Notes: generated by a model from the sequence alone, not told the origin. Positions 1 to 12,400 are shown, numbered from the stretch's first letter. The stretch is DNA of 64,000 nucleotides from Schizochytrium sp. TIO01 (GCA_004764695.1 SMSO01000006.1:1069859-1133858), one strand, 5' to 3'. Numbers and translations: made by a program.

Positions 1-725
1 ATGTTGGGGTAAGCATGCATGGGCTCCATCATTAAATATTTTGCCGAGCTTTTATTCTCTTTGAAAAACTGAGCACAATATTCAAGGTTAATAAACTTGC
101 TTGAAAAATCGTCAGCCTCATCTGTTTTCTTAATGGGGACATCGTTAACCATACTAGGTGTTATCCCTCTAAGACTGAATAAAGTAGACTTATCAGATGG
201 ACGAATGCCATCATTGTCAACAATTGCAAAGGTCGCATCAGTAAATTGCTCAGGTGGTACTTGTTTCATCACCCATGATAAAGGTTTTAAATCTATTTCA
301 AATGGCTGGAACATTTCTTGACCTTCTTCTGTTGAATAGATTCACCAAATATTTTTAAAGGCCCCAAAATTCACCTTTTTCATGATGGAAGTACTACGAG
401 GAAACATTTTCAAAGAGATGATCATTTTACTGGTTAAACACAGTTGCTCGAAGCCATTCGTAAAATCATTTTTGGATACCATGTCAATCCACTCCACGTA
501 GCATTTTGCAACAAGCATCCAAAATTTTGGTATTCTTTTCAAAAGCGAAGCACTCAAGACCAAACCAGCGATGGTATCCAGTGGAGCGTCTGACATGAAA
601 ACCTTTAGATCATGTAACACGATTTTAGTGACGAAGTTTTCGAGATAGTCAGTATCTTCAAAGATTAAACACCACAGATGGCTATCAAACGAGGTTTTCT
701 CCAGGCCGCAACATTCGATAAACAA
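1..725 (-). pseudogene. Interrupted coding-like reading frame of unknown product, running off the left edge
   Basis: The ORF 725-342 ends at a TGA (344-342). The same frame then stays open to base 1 (IYSTEEGQEMFQPFEIDLKPLSWVMKQVPPEQF...). There are further in-frame stops upstream at 794-792 and 830-828. No family recognised. Confidence 0.35.
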
Positions 726-1774
726 AGATATCGCAGTTGTGGTAAATCGAATATTTACAAAGAAGCAGCTTACTTCCTCGTCACCCTTGACTCAAGAGAG
801 TCTAAGGCTCAGCTCCAACTTTATGGCTTAGATCATTTCCTCTATAGTCGATATATCGCAGTCCCTATCAAAACCCTCGTGGACTTTCTTCGCGGCCCTT
901 GGCATTTCCTACTTTCCCGACTGTCCATACCAAACTTTGAACGGTCCCTAACATCGAAGTTACGCATTCTCCAGTACTCACAGAACAAAGAAAGCCCATA
1001 AAAATGTTTCGCCTAATGTCCAACAGTATATTGACATCAAAGATTCTGCTTCTATGTTCTTGTATATAATTACATTCCCATACGACACTCTTCACACAAT
1101 CTCCTATGTATGTGTTGCCCAGAAATAAATGTATCCTCTTCAAGGACGAAGACCGTCTCTTTCATTACATAGAGTCCATTCCATAATGATAGATAATTAC
1201 CTATTCTTTGCTAAGCTCTTTCGGCCCTTCAACATAATATACATGGGAAAAAAGTATTCCGAGGAATTTACCTCCATGCCTTCGCAAGGTGATCATGGGT
1301 TCTAAGTACCTAGTCTCAACGTACCCTAGGTACTTATTTCGCAATACCTATCTTTACGTAACCAGTACTTAATTGATCAGGAAATTCTCTTAAAATTTTT
1401 AGGCTCTCATACGTGTTAATTATATGGTAAGTAAATATACGGATGAGGATTGATTCCAGCGAAAGGAAACGAGTCCCTATCTGCTATAATATTGGTCAAA
1501 TTCTGACTCCAGATGATTGCATGAAGTATTGGAAAACAGACCCTAACGAAATAATGTGGATTATCCTTGGGCACTAATACGCTAACCCTAAGCCAGACTA
1601 GAGCCAAATTAATCAGGTTACATCTTCCATCACTCCCCAGGAAAGATATTTGATAGACATAGATTTATCTGAATTGTGGCTCATATGAATTATTCTCCAA
1701 GCAACATGACTTCCTTTATGTGAAATCAAAAGATTTGAAGAACATATAACTGCTGACAGACAGATGTCTTGCGA

Positions 1775-3238
1775 CTACTTGTGTTCTGCAAGAGATTTTC
1801 TTGATACATGCTTAGGATTTGTTGCAAGCTTGTGGGGAATCTCTTTAACTTGTTGATGAATGATGCCAGCACTTTCATCTTCGCCCATTTCTTCCTCTTC
1901 CCCGTCCTCTTCTTCAATAGGTTCATCGATAATGAGATGTGTTGGTTCCGGAGGATTTTTGTCACGAGCCAGAGAATATCGAGCTTTAAAAACGCGAAGA
2001 CCAGGGCTCTGAAAAGGTTCTAAATCTCTTAACCAACTTAGGCGAGGACGATCAGCTCGCTCTCCTGCAAGGCCAAGATTATGTGAGCTCCCCTGTTTTC
2101 CACGTCGTCGAGTATCTACAGACCATGCATAACGTGGACGTGCAGACTCAAACGATTCATTGAATACCTCTTGGTCATTGTCATTTGAGTTTTCCTCGCC
2201 TTCTTCCTCAACATCTCGCAATGAACCTTGCTTGCCAAAGGACTGATCCTTTCCTTTGTGTTTATGGGCCTTGTTTTTATGCAGTTTATTCAACTTCTTG
2301 AGACGCTTTTTCTCTTCCTTTTTGCTGTCATCACTCTTCTTTGTTTCTGCAGAGAAGCGGGAAGATGATGAAGACTCCGAGGAGTCCTGAACAGAGTCTT
2401 CCACAATTTCTGAGTCATCCTGTGTGGAGCTATCTGTGGATTGAAAGTCTGGGACGGCTGTAACCGTGGCCCTTCGTTGGGGAAGCCCATTGCGCAAATT
2501 ATCTTGATGGTGCTGTGGAATAGGACGGCTTGCCCCAGGAGCATCAAGCCCATTCCCCAGAGCAATACGCCTATACATAGGAAAGAGTGAGTCTGCACTT
2601 GAAATGAGCATTTCAGTCACATAAATGGCCAAATGAATCTTGCTTGTTGCCTCTGAGCTTGAAAAATGCTGTAGAAAAAACACAGGCGCGAAGCAAATCG
2701 CCAATGCATGAACAGACATCTTTGTTGTATCCTTTTCTGCCGCCACAATGCGCAGAAAATTAAAAACTTTGGCGAGTACAGCAGCACTAGTGCTCGACAA
2801 CGTTCGTGTGAGTACACGAAGAGATTTGTTGAATTTAGCAAGGTCTCGCCGGTTCTTTGAGGACTCTGGGTCGGTTGGCAAAGTTAGCTGCACTTTAGAT
2901 GCAGCACGAACCAGTTGCTGCGCCTGACTTCGAAGTAGAATGGGGCTGATGGAGTCCATTAAGTATTTCTTAAAGAGACTGGCCACATCGTTAGGCTCGA
3001 TGCCAACAGCAGAAGCAAGAGCGTCCATGTCACCCAACTCATATTTCTCTACAAGATCATCGACCACATCTTTCCTGCCAGGAACTCGGAAAACAAACTC
3101 AGGGATGTCCACCTTGAGGAAATCCACGCAGTCCGAAACAACTTTGAGAAGCGGCGCTCGAAGCCTCGGTGTGTTGGGCAAAATACTGGACTCTTGCGTT
3201 GATGAGCGCCTCCTTCGCGACAGTCTCTGTAGCAACAT
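1775..3238 (-). CDS. RhoGAP-domain protein with long disordered C-terminus
   Basis: RhoGAP motifs: VVSDCVDFL, FRVPG (arginine finger), DVASLFKKYL, and FNFLRIVAAEKDTTKMSVHALAICFAPVFF. First ATG at 3238 (the ORF track starts at TTG 3268). The true start is uncertain. Confidence 0.85.
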   Translation of the reverse strand: MLLQRLSRRRRSSTQESSILPNTPRLRAPLLKVVSDCVDFLKVDIPEFVFRVPGRKDVVDDLVEKYELGDMDALASAVGIEPNDVASLFKKYLMDSISPILLRSQAQQLVRAASKVQLTLPTDPESSKNRRDLAKFNKSLRVLTRTLSSTSAAVLAKVFNFLRIVAAEKDTTKMSVHALAICFAPVFFLQHFSSSEATSKIHLAIYVTEMLISSADSLFPMYRRIALGNGLDAPGASRPIPQHHQDNLRNGLPQRRATVTAVPDFQSTDSSTQDDSEIVEDSVQDSSESSSSSRFSAETKKSDDSKKEEKKRLKKLNKLHKNKAHKHKGKDQSFGKQGSLRDVEEEGEENSNDNDQEVFNESFESARPRYAWSVDTRRRGKQGSSHNLGLAGERADRPRLSWLRDLEPFQSPGLRVFKARYSLARDKNPPEPTHLIIDEPIEEEDGEEEEMGEDESAGIIHQQVKEIPHKLATNPKHVSRKSLAEHK

Positions 3239-6200
3239 TTGGTCTCGGCAGGAAGTAGAATACAACAAGTGCAGCGCAAGTTGTTGAATTTAGTGTTTGG
3301 TCTAGTACTCGAGCTGGGTTTTGTACTAGTAGGTACCTCTTATATGGGACTTGAAGTAGAGCTTTCACAAAGTCCCGAATCCTTGCTTGAAAGGACTGAA
3401 CTGAAGGATGCCAAAAAATTATTTGCTTGATGTCGTCAAGAGCAGAGGCTATAAGATATCAGTACAACTATTCTTCTGATGCCAGAGTTGCTGCTCTTAT
3501 GACTTGCGAAGAAAAGAGTAAGTCACTCAGGCAATGTTTCCTCTAATTATGAATGATGTGCGTGCTTTTGGACAGGGTAAGCTTTCCTGTTCACTTTTTA
3601 TTGCTTGCGAACCAGGCTGGCCGAAAATCTAGTAGTCTTTCGCAAAGTTGAAGCCCTCAAGCTAGACTTTCGTGCCTGTACTCGTATTGAGCCAATCTTC
3701 AGCCCCTCGATTTGAGCACAAATATATGGGCCAAAATAAAGAATCTAAGGATATAGATGCTTATAATGCACTCTGTAAATCCTTTTGCCCTGTATGTTTT
3801 GGCTGAAGATCCAACTCCGCTTTCAATATCCTAATTTTGCTCCTCTTCTCGAATAGTCCTTGTGTTAACTCGCTATACAAAGTAATTTTCGAGCTTGAGA
3901 TGGAATGGAATGATTTAGACCGCTCCTAGCATAACTTCCTGACCTCTCGCAGGTTGTAATCACAGTCTGTCTGAAGCAAAGGCTGTCTCGCCCCCCCCCC
4001 CTAGTTGCAGAGGCAACGAACGCCTCGCTCGTGAGCAAGGTCGTCTCCGAGCGGCTGGGCTGTCCGACAACTAAAGTCCCACAGCGCACGGGACTTTGTT
4101 CAACTAATCTACAAAAGTAGTTGGACGAAACTTTCTGGACAAGCCGCCAAAACTGCCAAGCCCGGTTTGACTACTGTCACAGAAACTAAGCAAAGGCCTT
4201 CTTACACGGCTGCGATAACAGGCTGCGCTTTGCGTAGGAGGGTTTTGTCTCAAGCTGAGGCGGGAGATCTGTTGCGAAAAGCTTAAATTTACAGAATCAA
4301 CAATCAGGTGTCGAAAACAGTGTGTGCGGGACAGGAAGCGTACGAACTGCGCTGCCAAGAATAGCCACGCCTCCCAGAGCACCTCCTGAAGTCCTGTAGA
4401 GCACCGTACCTTGCACCGCGCAGCTTTGCACGTCAGCCATGCAAAGTTCTCCGCCAAGGAATACTTATCCTGGTTTCGAGTTTTGTAGACGAAGAACAGA
4501 AACCTTTTTTCCTATTTCATTTTTTTAACTTTATATCAGAGGCCCAAATACCAGTAGAGTAAATAAATATATACAGCTTTAAAAAAAATACTCAAATCCA
4601 AATTATATATTACGTATGGTCACGGTTGATGCCTATATCGATTTTATTTTATTTATTTATTAAATATATATATATAACTAAAATAAAGCAAAGACCTATG
4701 GTCCTCTTACTCAATGCTACGATGGTAAAACTCATTTTGTTAGAAATAAAAGTGCCCAGAGACACTGATACGAGCAGCTATAATGTCCTAAAATAGAGTG
4801 ACGTGTGTATTTTATTCGTACCCACCTACATGCATCATAGAGATTATTATATGACCATCGATTGGTGTAGTTGTATTGCACACGCACGAAGCCGAGCTCG
4901 CGTTGCGTACTTTGATAACCCCAGCTGCGAATTATCACAGATTAAAAGACTCGTGGAGCGGGCAGCACAGAGTGTTTGGAATCTACCTCAGAATGGGAAA
5001 TTTGCCATAAAACGAAAACCTTAGTGTTCGATTTTGGCTGCGCAATTTCCTCCAGAGAGACATGTAGATAGCCATGGGACTTACCTATGTTACGCAAATA
5101 AACGACTGCTTTCTTCAAGTTGCAGGGGAAGCTGGTCACCAGCTTGAAACATACAGTCGCGCTGCAAAGAGATCGATCTTGTACTACATTAAAAGAAATG
5201 AGGGAGCTAAAGTTATCCTTCCCACTTCGGTTGGTGACAAAAGGTGTGCTCTCGCGGAGCTTTCTCTTTCTTCATTTCTGCAGTTCAAGAATCCAAGTTG
5301 ATCAAGTGCGTTGCCGGCTTGAACGAGCTCGGATGGAGCAGAGCCAGGCGCAATTCGCTTTCTAGATTTCCCATGCTCGTGGTGGTCCAGCTGGGTGCTG
5401 ACCATCACACTAAATTGATCCATCCATTCACACATTCACATTTGCAGCTTGAGGCTGAGTTATCAGTAGCAAAACACCCTCGCTCGGAAGGCTTTGTTAA
5501 ACTTTGTGGTGTCTTTGATGATTAGCCAGAACAGGTACTGGTACAAACTAGCCCTGTAAATATGTGGCTCTCACGCTTTCGCTGAGTCTCATTATATTAG
5601 TCTTTCTTACTTTCTTTCTTTCTTTCTCTCTTTGTCTTTTCATGTCATTTCAAAAGTTTTGATTGTTGTTACCGAGCTTAATGTAGTAGGTTTTGAAGAA
5701 AGATCACGAGAGAGCTTGCAGTCCTTTGACTCTGTTCGCAACCAATATATGTGCTTTGCACAGATTGACTACTCAATTTGTTCAACTTTTTAGAATTCTT
5801 CACGATAGTTCGATGGCTCTAATGCAGAGAAAAGATGGCATTGAACGAATGAATCATACTTTTCAACTTTTTCCTGGACAATCTCCAAAGTAGAAAGAAA
5901 TTGATCAAATATTTCCAATTGTTTAATTATTTCCCATCAAGTGCGAATAACATTGCACTTGACTAATGCCTGAAAATTGCCTCTTTTCAACGTTAGCAAG
6001 CCTAATGCATCACACTCGTGAAAGATACTGAGAAGCTGATTTATAGAATCATTAGGTTTGATGGCTCTGACACCTCAAGTTTCGATGAAACGCGGTTTTG
6101 TAAAACTCAGCGTGTGTCAATCAAGACTTTCAGGTTTACCCTTACGAAGATATATGACTCTAACTGCGGGATGCACTGTGACTTGCATTTATTTATAAAA

Positions 6201-6990
6201 GATTTGAATTCCGCAACTGGATTCTTCAAGCACAGATAGTAGACACCCAGACTATCAATAGAGCTCCTTATGAGACGCATACATATGATCTTGTTCTTAA
6301 TGGCACAGAAAATATCTGATTACATACTATTCATTTAAAAAAACGCATTGCACACTGTTGGCAAACATCTGTGAACTTTTTTCCAAAGCTGGGCTAACGG
6401 GAAAATGCATAATGTCAAACATCTTAATGAAAAAAATCTAAACAAAAAACGTTTTCTTGTTGTGATCTAGCTACCAGATATAGGTTCCAGATTGTGACTA
6501 GTCAGGTATGATGCTAGTTTTGAGTTAGTATTTTGCGCTCTAAACTTTCAAGATTTACACTTAAACGTAAAACAATTCGAATTTACCATTGTTTCGTCTT
6601 TAGGATATCCTCTATTTATCAACTTAATTGCAAACATCTTTCCAGACTATCTTCAATAAGATGGTTTACTTAGAATGCTTCGTAAGCTTGCTCTCAGTGA
6701 CACTACCAAGTTAAAGTTCAAGCTCTGAATCTCACAATGAGGATCGAACCAGAGTCATCTAGAAGATGAAGTTTCTCTGTAAGGTATGGATCGCAATTCT
6801 ACATGCTGAATACGTGATTTTGTGGGAAGTAAATCTATCCTGCTATGGCAATTGGTGATGTGATATACTTTCACTTGAACTCTTTCGAATCAGAGGCTAA
6901 CTTTATCAACCCTCTGGCTTGGGTAAACATCAAGTCAGATACATCCCTTATGTGAATATTTCATGAGTTAGAATATTCAGCTCAAAGAAC

Positions 6991-7405
6991 TGCTGAGATC
7001 TCCAATCGAAGGAACTAGTGGACAAGACATTGCTAGAGTTCTTGGTGTCCCTTTGTAAAACCCATTAGAAATAAGGTTTGCATTAGAACAAGAATAAGCA
7101 GCCAGATTTATGTGGCTGCTGAAGCCAAGAACTAGAAGTGTAATTACACATCACTGACTCCCAAAGCTTGGTTAGCTTGGATCGATGGTGGAGAAGGTTG
7201 GATAACCTAACCCCATCAATTATCTCTAACCACATTCAAGAATGTCTTAATCTCCCTAACTACTACATGAATCCATCTGTCCTGGAATTCATTCCTCAGG
7301 ACAGCAGTTCGCTAACTCTTAAATCAGCCTTCTTATAGCCTTCATCTAGCCTTCTACCTTCATCTTTACAGTCAACCTCACGCTAATCAATATCACCTCT
7401 CAGCA
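6991..7405 (+). repeat. 5' LTR (415 bp)
   Basis: Starts TGCTGAGA and ends TCTCAGCA (8-bp terminal inverted repeat). No differences from the 3' LTR seen by eye. Confidence 0.97.
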
Positions 7406-7418
7406 GGTTATAGGCCCA
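7406..7418 (+). promoter_or_regulatory. Primer-binding site, half-tRNA(iMet) type (copia/Ty5-like)
   Basis: GGTTATAGGCCCA directly abuts the LTR. It differs at one position from the Drosophila copia-type PBS GGTTATGGGCCCA, which is complementary to the anticodon arm of initiator tRNA-Met. Confidence 0.8.
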
Positions 7419-7478
7419 AAATTACTTCGAGACTAACCAAGATGAACCAAGAACGCTCGTACTGATCAGGCCCAAGCC

Positions 7479-9452
7479 ATGTCGGCCTCAACTAGTAACT
7501 CCACGTCCTCGTCGACCTCGTCTTCCTCGACATCCACCAACCCGGATCAGTTCCAAACTGGACCCGGAGGCTCCTCGGACTCGATGAGAACGGAGAGTCT
7601 TCTCGCCCAACTGGAACATCAAGGGGTAGACTCTCGTAACCCCCTTGCCCAAGCGGAGTCCAGGTCTGCCGACGCTACAGATCCAACTCAAGAAAACTCC
7701 CAACCCGGAACTGACACCGACTCAGCTCCAAATGCACTACATGCACCTGAAAGTTCCAGTGGCCAGGAACCCCTACAGTCCAACCCAGACGGTACTGGAC
7801 AACTGACCGATAGAGCGATGGAGAGCATGTCTCCAGCTGCCCTATCACAACGTTACGGGGACATCACTCAGGTTGTTGATCATGATGGGTGGACTCGAAC
7901 ACTATTCCCACCTCCAAACGTTAAAGAACTGTTCCTGCAAGCACGGGAGGATCACCTGGCGAGACAACGCCACAAAGGACTAGTAACTCATGGTAGCAAC
8001 GCGACAAATCTCTACCAACAGTCGCATCTTCCTACCGTCGACCTAACTGAACTTGGAGGGAACCGTGGGAACCCAAACAACTCAGGGCACACCCCTTATC
8101 TCAGGTCTCAGATTGGCACTCGACCTCCTGGAAAACTCTCCTATGACCTTTTCCGGAATGCCAAGCATAAACTTCCCCTCATGTCGGAGGACATGACGGG
8201 AACCTGGGATCAGTATAGAATCAAACTCTTCAATTTTCTCGGCACCTATGGTCTCACACCCGAGAACATCGCCAACGCCCCCACACCGGAAATCTGGTTT
8301 GACCGAGATCAAAAGCTGTACCAGATCCTGACTCAGGCAGCTGAAAATGCTCAAGATAAACTATATGTTATCACCGCCTCAAACCCACACAAGTCTGGTA
8401 CCCAGGCGTGGTATCGCCTCAACGAACTGTTTGCAGAGTCTAGTGCACGAGGTAAAGTACAAATACTCCAACGACTACAAAAGGTACTTCAGTCTCCACG
8501 TGTCCCTGCAGCTGGTGAGAGTTTTGAAGTATGCAATGGATACTTCTATCAAATCATCAACCTAGGAGAACAACTAGTCGCACTCAACTCTGACCCACTC
8601 GAACTAGTTACACTGCTTGCTCTGATACGCTTCCATGAAGTCACTGGAGGCAAATACGAGGTAGCTATCAATGAGGTACTCAATGAACCTCGACTCCAGA
8701 TCACCAAAGCCGTTCATACTATTCAAAGGGCGGTAGCCAATCATCCACGCCAACCCAAATCAAATGACCAAACTACCGCTGATCTCTGGGCGTTATCGGC
8801 TGTTTCCAAGACCCCTACGAATTCCAAGCAATCCAAGTTTCATCAGCACATTACTTGTTCCAACTGTGGTCGCCGCGGCCACTATGGGCGCGACTGCAGA
8901 GCGTCATCTAACTCTGCTCAACAACAAGCTCATCCTCTACCAAACAAACGTACCAAACGCAACAAACGCAAATCTCCGATTCCTCAAACATACTCGCGTT
9001 TGGATCCGAACCTGGCTTATCTCAGTCACGTCACTCATCCTTCGACAGGCCCAATTTCCTTTATGGCTCTGTCACAGTCTATTCCGTCTGATGTCATTCT
9101 CTTAGACAGCGGCTGTTCCAAAACAATGACCGGTGATCGCAACTTATTCCAATCCTTGGAACAACTTCCTGCACCTCGACGCATCACAGTTGCAAACGGT
9201 GAAACCATGGAAATCACCCAAGTAGGACAAATTCAAGTTAAAATGAAAACCACCAAAGGGAAAACCATCACTGTAACCATTGATGCAGACTATGTTCCCT
9301 CACCAGCACCCACTCTCGTTGCGGTTCGCGACCTCACGGATCGCAACTTTGTGGTCTCATTGGGACCACAACGATGGGAGCTCTCTACTCCAAGGGGAGA
9401 TACCGTCATTCTCGGTGACTATCATGGTTCACCATGCATACGCCAAGAGTGA
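7479..9452 (+). CDS. gag: Retrotransposon Gag + aspartic protease
   Basis: Copia-like gag core (SGTQAWYRLNELF), CCHC zinc knuckle CSNCGRRGHYGRDC, protease ILLDSGCSKTM...ITVANG. Ends in TGA followed by CTAG. Confidence 0.95.
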   Translation: MSASTSNSTSSSTSSSSTSTNPDQFQTGPGGSSDSMRTESLLAQLEHQGVDSRNPLAQAESRSADATDPTQENSQPGTDTDSAPNALHAPESSSGQEPLQSNPDGTGQLTDRAMESMSPAALSQRYGDITQVVDHDGWTRTLFPPPNVKELFLQAREDHLARQRHKGLVTHGSNATNLYQQSHLPTVDLTELGGNRGNPNNSGHTPYLRSQIGTRPPGKLSYDLFRNAKHKLPLMSEDMTGTWDQYRIKLFNFLGTYGLTPENIANAPTPEIWFDRDQKLYQILTQAAENAQDKLYVITASNPHKSGTQAWYRLNELFAESSARGKVQILQRLQKVLQSPRVPAAGESFEVCNGYFYQIINLGEQLVALNSDPLELVTLLALIRFHEVTGGKYEVAINEVLNEPRLQITKAVHTIQRAVANHPRQPKSNDQTTADLWALSAVSKTPTNSKQSKFHQHITCSNCGRRGHYGRDCRASSNSAQQQAHPLPNKRTKRNKRKSPIPQTYSRLDPNLAYLSHVTHPSTGPISFMALSQSIPSDVILLDSGCSKTMTGDRNLFQSLEQLPAPRRITVANGETMEITQVGQIQVKMKTTKGKTITVTIDADYVPSPAPTLVAVRDLTDRNFVVSLGPQRWELSTPRGDTVILGDYHGSPCIRQE

Positions 9453-12400
9453 CTAGCTCCTTCTCATGCATTGTTGGCCGTCTCCTCTAATCGTCAGAGA
9501 GATTGGCTTGCCGCTCACCTGCGCTTAGGCCATGCCAACACCACTCGTATGGCTCGTGCTCTCCAAATCTCTCCGTCCAAAATACAGTTTTCGTGTCCGA
9601 CCTGTGCTTTAGCCAACATCAAAACCAGACCTGTCCCTCAAGGCCCTCACGAGTCCAGGGCAACTGCACCTCGACAGGCTGCTACATTAGACGTAGTTGG
9701 CCCGTTCCAATCATCATTCATACATGGCTACAAGCATGCCCTAGTGATTCGGGATCTGGTTTCTGGCATCGCACAATGTTATGGATTAAAATCTCTCACT
9801 CAAGTCACGACTGCTCTTCACCAATGGAGGGCAGACTGGCATGGTTTTGAAACCAGACGGGCACGACTATATGTTGATGGAGCTTCCTATTTCGTTGGCG
9901 GCACATTCAAAGAAACTTGCACACAATGGGGATGGAGTCTTTCAATTAGTCCCAGCGGGGCTCATGCTCTTCACCCAGCTGAATCCTTGAATGGGGTTCT
10001 CCTTCGGATGGCCAGAGCCATGCTTATGGCGGCTGAACTTCCCTCTCGCTGTTGGTATTTTGCGTATGAATACGCCTGTTACATTCGCAACAGACTTCCA
10101 TCCCAGCGTTCCACACGATCTCCCTTTGAGACTCACTATGGTCGTTCGCCGTCTCTAGACAACCTTCATATTTTTGGTTGTGACGTCGTGTTTAAAGATC
10201 AGGCTCCACCAAACAAGCTCGCTCCACGCGGTTTAAGTGGCAAGTTTCTGGGTGTGGCACGACATCATAACTACTCTACATATCTCATCCTGAACAACCG
10301 CACTACACATCTCATCACTACACGGGATGTACGGTTCTTCGAGAATTCCATTGTTGACAGGGTCATGAACTCCTTCCCACGGTTCTCCAACAACCCAAAC
10401 ACCGTTGAACAAGGTGGTTCTCAACCAATGGGGGAGCATCTACGCTCCGACTCGAGAAAAGACTCTTCTCTTCGGTTCAAATCCGTCTATTTTCCTGCGA
10501 CGCCTGACCTTAACTGGTCGAACTCCTCTTCCTTGTCCTCAATGACCGCTTCCAGCTCAGGTCCAAGTGACCCACTGGTAGCCTCCTCTTCCAATTTAGG
10601 ATCTGCGTCCAGCTCTCACAGGCTGTGTGACAACGATGCCGTCTCCGTGGATTCACCCAGTCGCATACTGTCGACATCTCGACCTGATCACTCGAGCAGG
10701 GTTAGAAATCTACAGGACTTGATACAACCTGATTTCGAGCATGACCTGTCCCAATCTCAAAGACAGGCAAATGCTGGTCAGGGTGAGCCCCGACAGGATG
10801 GGATAGCGTCCCGTGACCTATCGGAGACTCACGATAATCTATCTTTGCCAGAACTCTCCTCTAGAGGAGAAACTTCTCCGGCGAATATGAGCTCATCACA
10901 TACTAGTTCTGATGTAGCTGATTCAACTAACATTGAATCCAACCTAGACTGTATGTCTATTCCTCCGCATGATACTGCGGAGTCTGACTCAAACTCTCCA
11001 CCTTGGTTGAATCCCGATGAGGATCCCAAGGAGTCCGTACCCAATACAGAGGTACGGACCAGGAGTGGACGAATTTCCCGCCGCACCCAATGGATGAATG
11101 CGGACGCGGCTGCCCTGGGGAGGGCCAATACCTATAGCTATCCCTCTCATGTTTTACAGGCATCTTCTTTTGAACATTCCCCGTCCTTTGTCCCGGGGGA
11201 GCAGGTATCACAAGCCTATGATGGGACAAAAGCACTACAGAAACGGACAAGTTATGACCACCGTAACAGTCATTCTGCAATACACCAAATGTATAGTCCA
11301 TCAAAGAAGAAGAAGTCTCAATCCACACTGGTTGGACTTGACCCAAAAGTAAAACACGACCACCAATCAAAACCCATTGTAACGCCTCGAAATTTCAGCG
11401 AGTATCTTCGGTTACCACACCAGGAACGTCAAATATGGACTGAGGCGATAAGAAAAGAATGGTCTAATCTTGAGAGGAGTGGGACCTTCCTCATTGTACC
11501 TAAAAAGGAGGCAAAAGGCGCTATCATCAATGCCGCATGGATTTTCACATACAAAACACTTCAGCAAACCGCCAAGGCCAGGCTAGTTGCTCAAGGGACT
11601 AATGAACCCCTAACATCTCCGTGGGATGTCTTCGCCCCAACCACGGACAGATTATCGCTGAGAACAGCCATTATTGTTGCTCTCACTAAGAACTGGTCAT
11701 TCGCGATATTGGATGTATCGGCTGCATTCTTACAAGCAGAAATCGATCATGAAAAGGAACCCATCTACATCCGACCACCAAGAGGTGTACAAGTACCAGA
11801 AGGATGCATCTTCAAACTTGCTAGATCTCTCTATGGACTGAGAACAAGTCCTCGAAGGTGGGCTGAACACCTAGCCCAAACCCTAGAAGGTTGTGGACTT
11901 CGGAAAAGCAAGTTCGACCCAAGTTGCTTTATTGGACCCGAAGCCATTGTCATCAGTCATGTGGACGACCTATTAATCACAGAAACTCCAAATTCAGTGA
12001 AGAGAACAATCAACACTCTAAAAGCAAAGTATGACGTCAAGTGTGAGATAAACCCAGCCACTGCCACCTACTTAGGTAACAAACATGAGTTCAACCTGGA
12101 TGCAAAAACATGCAAGATTTCCCAGGCAGTCCATATAGAAAAGACCTTAAAGGATCACGGGATGGACAAAGCTAACTCATGTAAAACACCAATGGAGGCT
12201 AAGTGCTATCTTCCTGACCATGACAAAGATGAACAACACCCAGACTACCGAACAATTGTGGGAAAGCTCATGTACCTCAGCTGCACACGAATTGACCTTG
12301 GATACCCACTTCACCAACTATCTAGACACGGACACAAGAATGGACCAGTACACATGGACGCATGTAAGAGGACCCTCAGATATCTTAGAGGAACCACAAA

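Noticed and set aside
9450-9452. UGA as selenocysteine or a reassigned codon
   Set aside because: HSP10 and the kinase terminate normally at TGA. The site is an inter-domain linker rather than a catalytic Cys position, and no SECIS was recognised.
9471-9473. TTG as an independent start for pol
   Set aside because: This is an artefact of prokaryotic-style ORF calling. The frame is already open from 9453.
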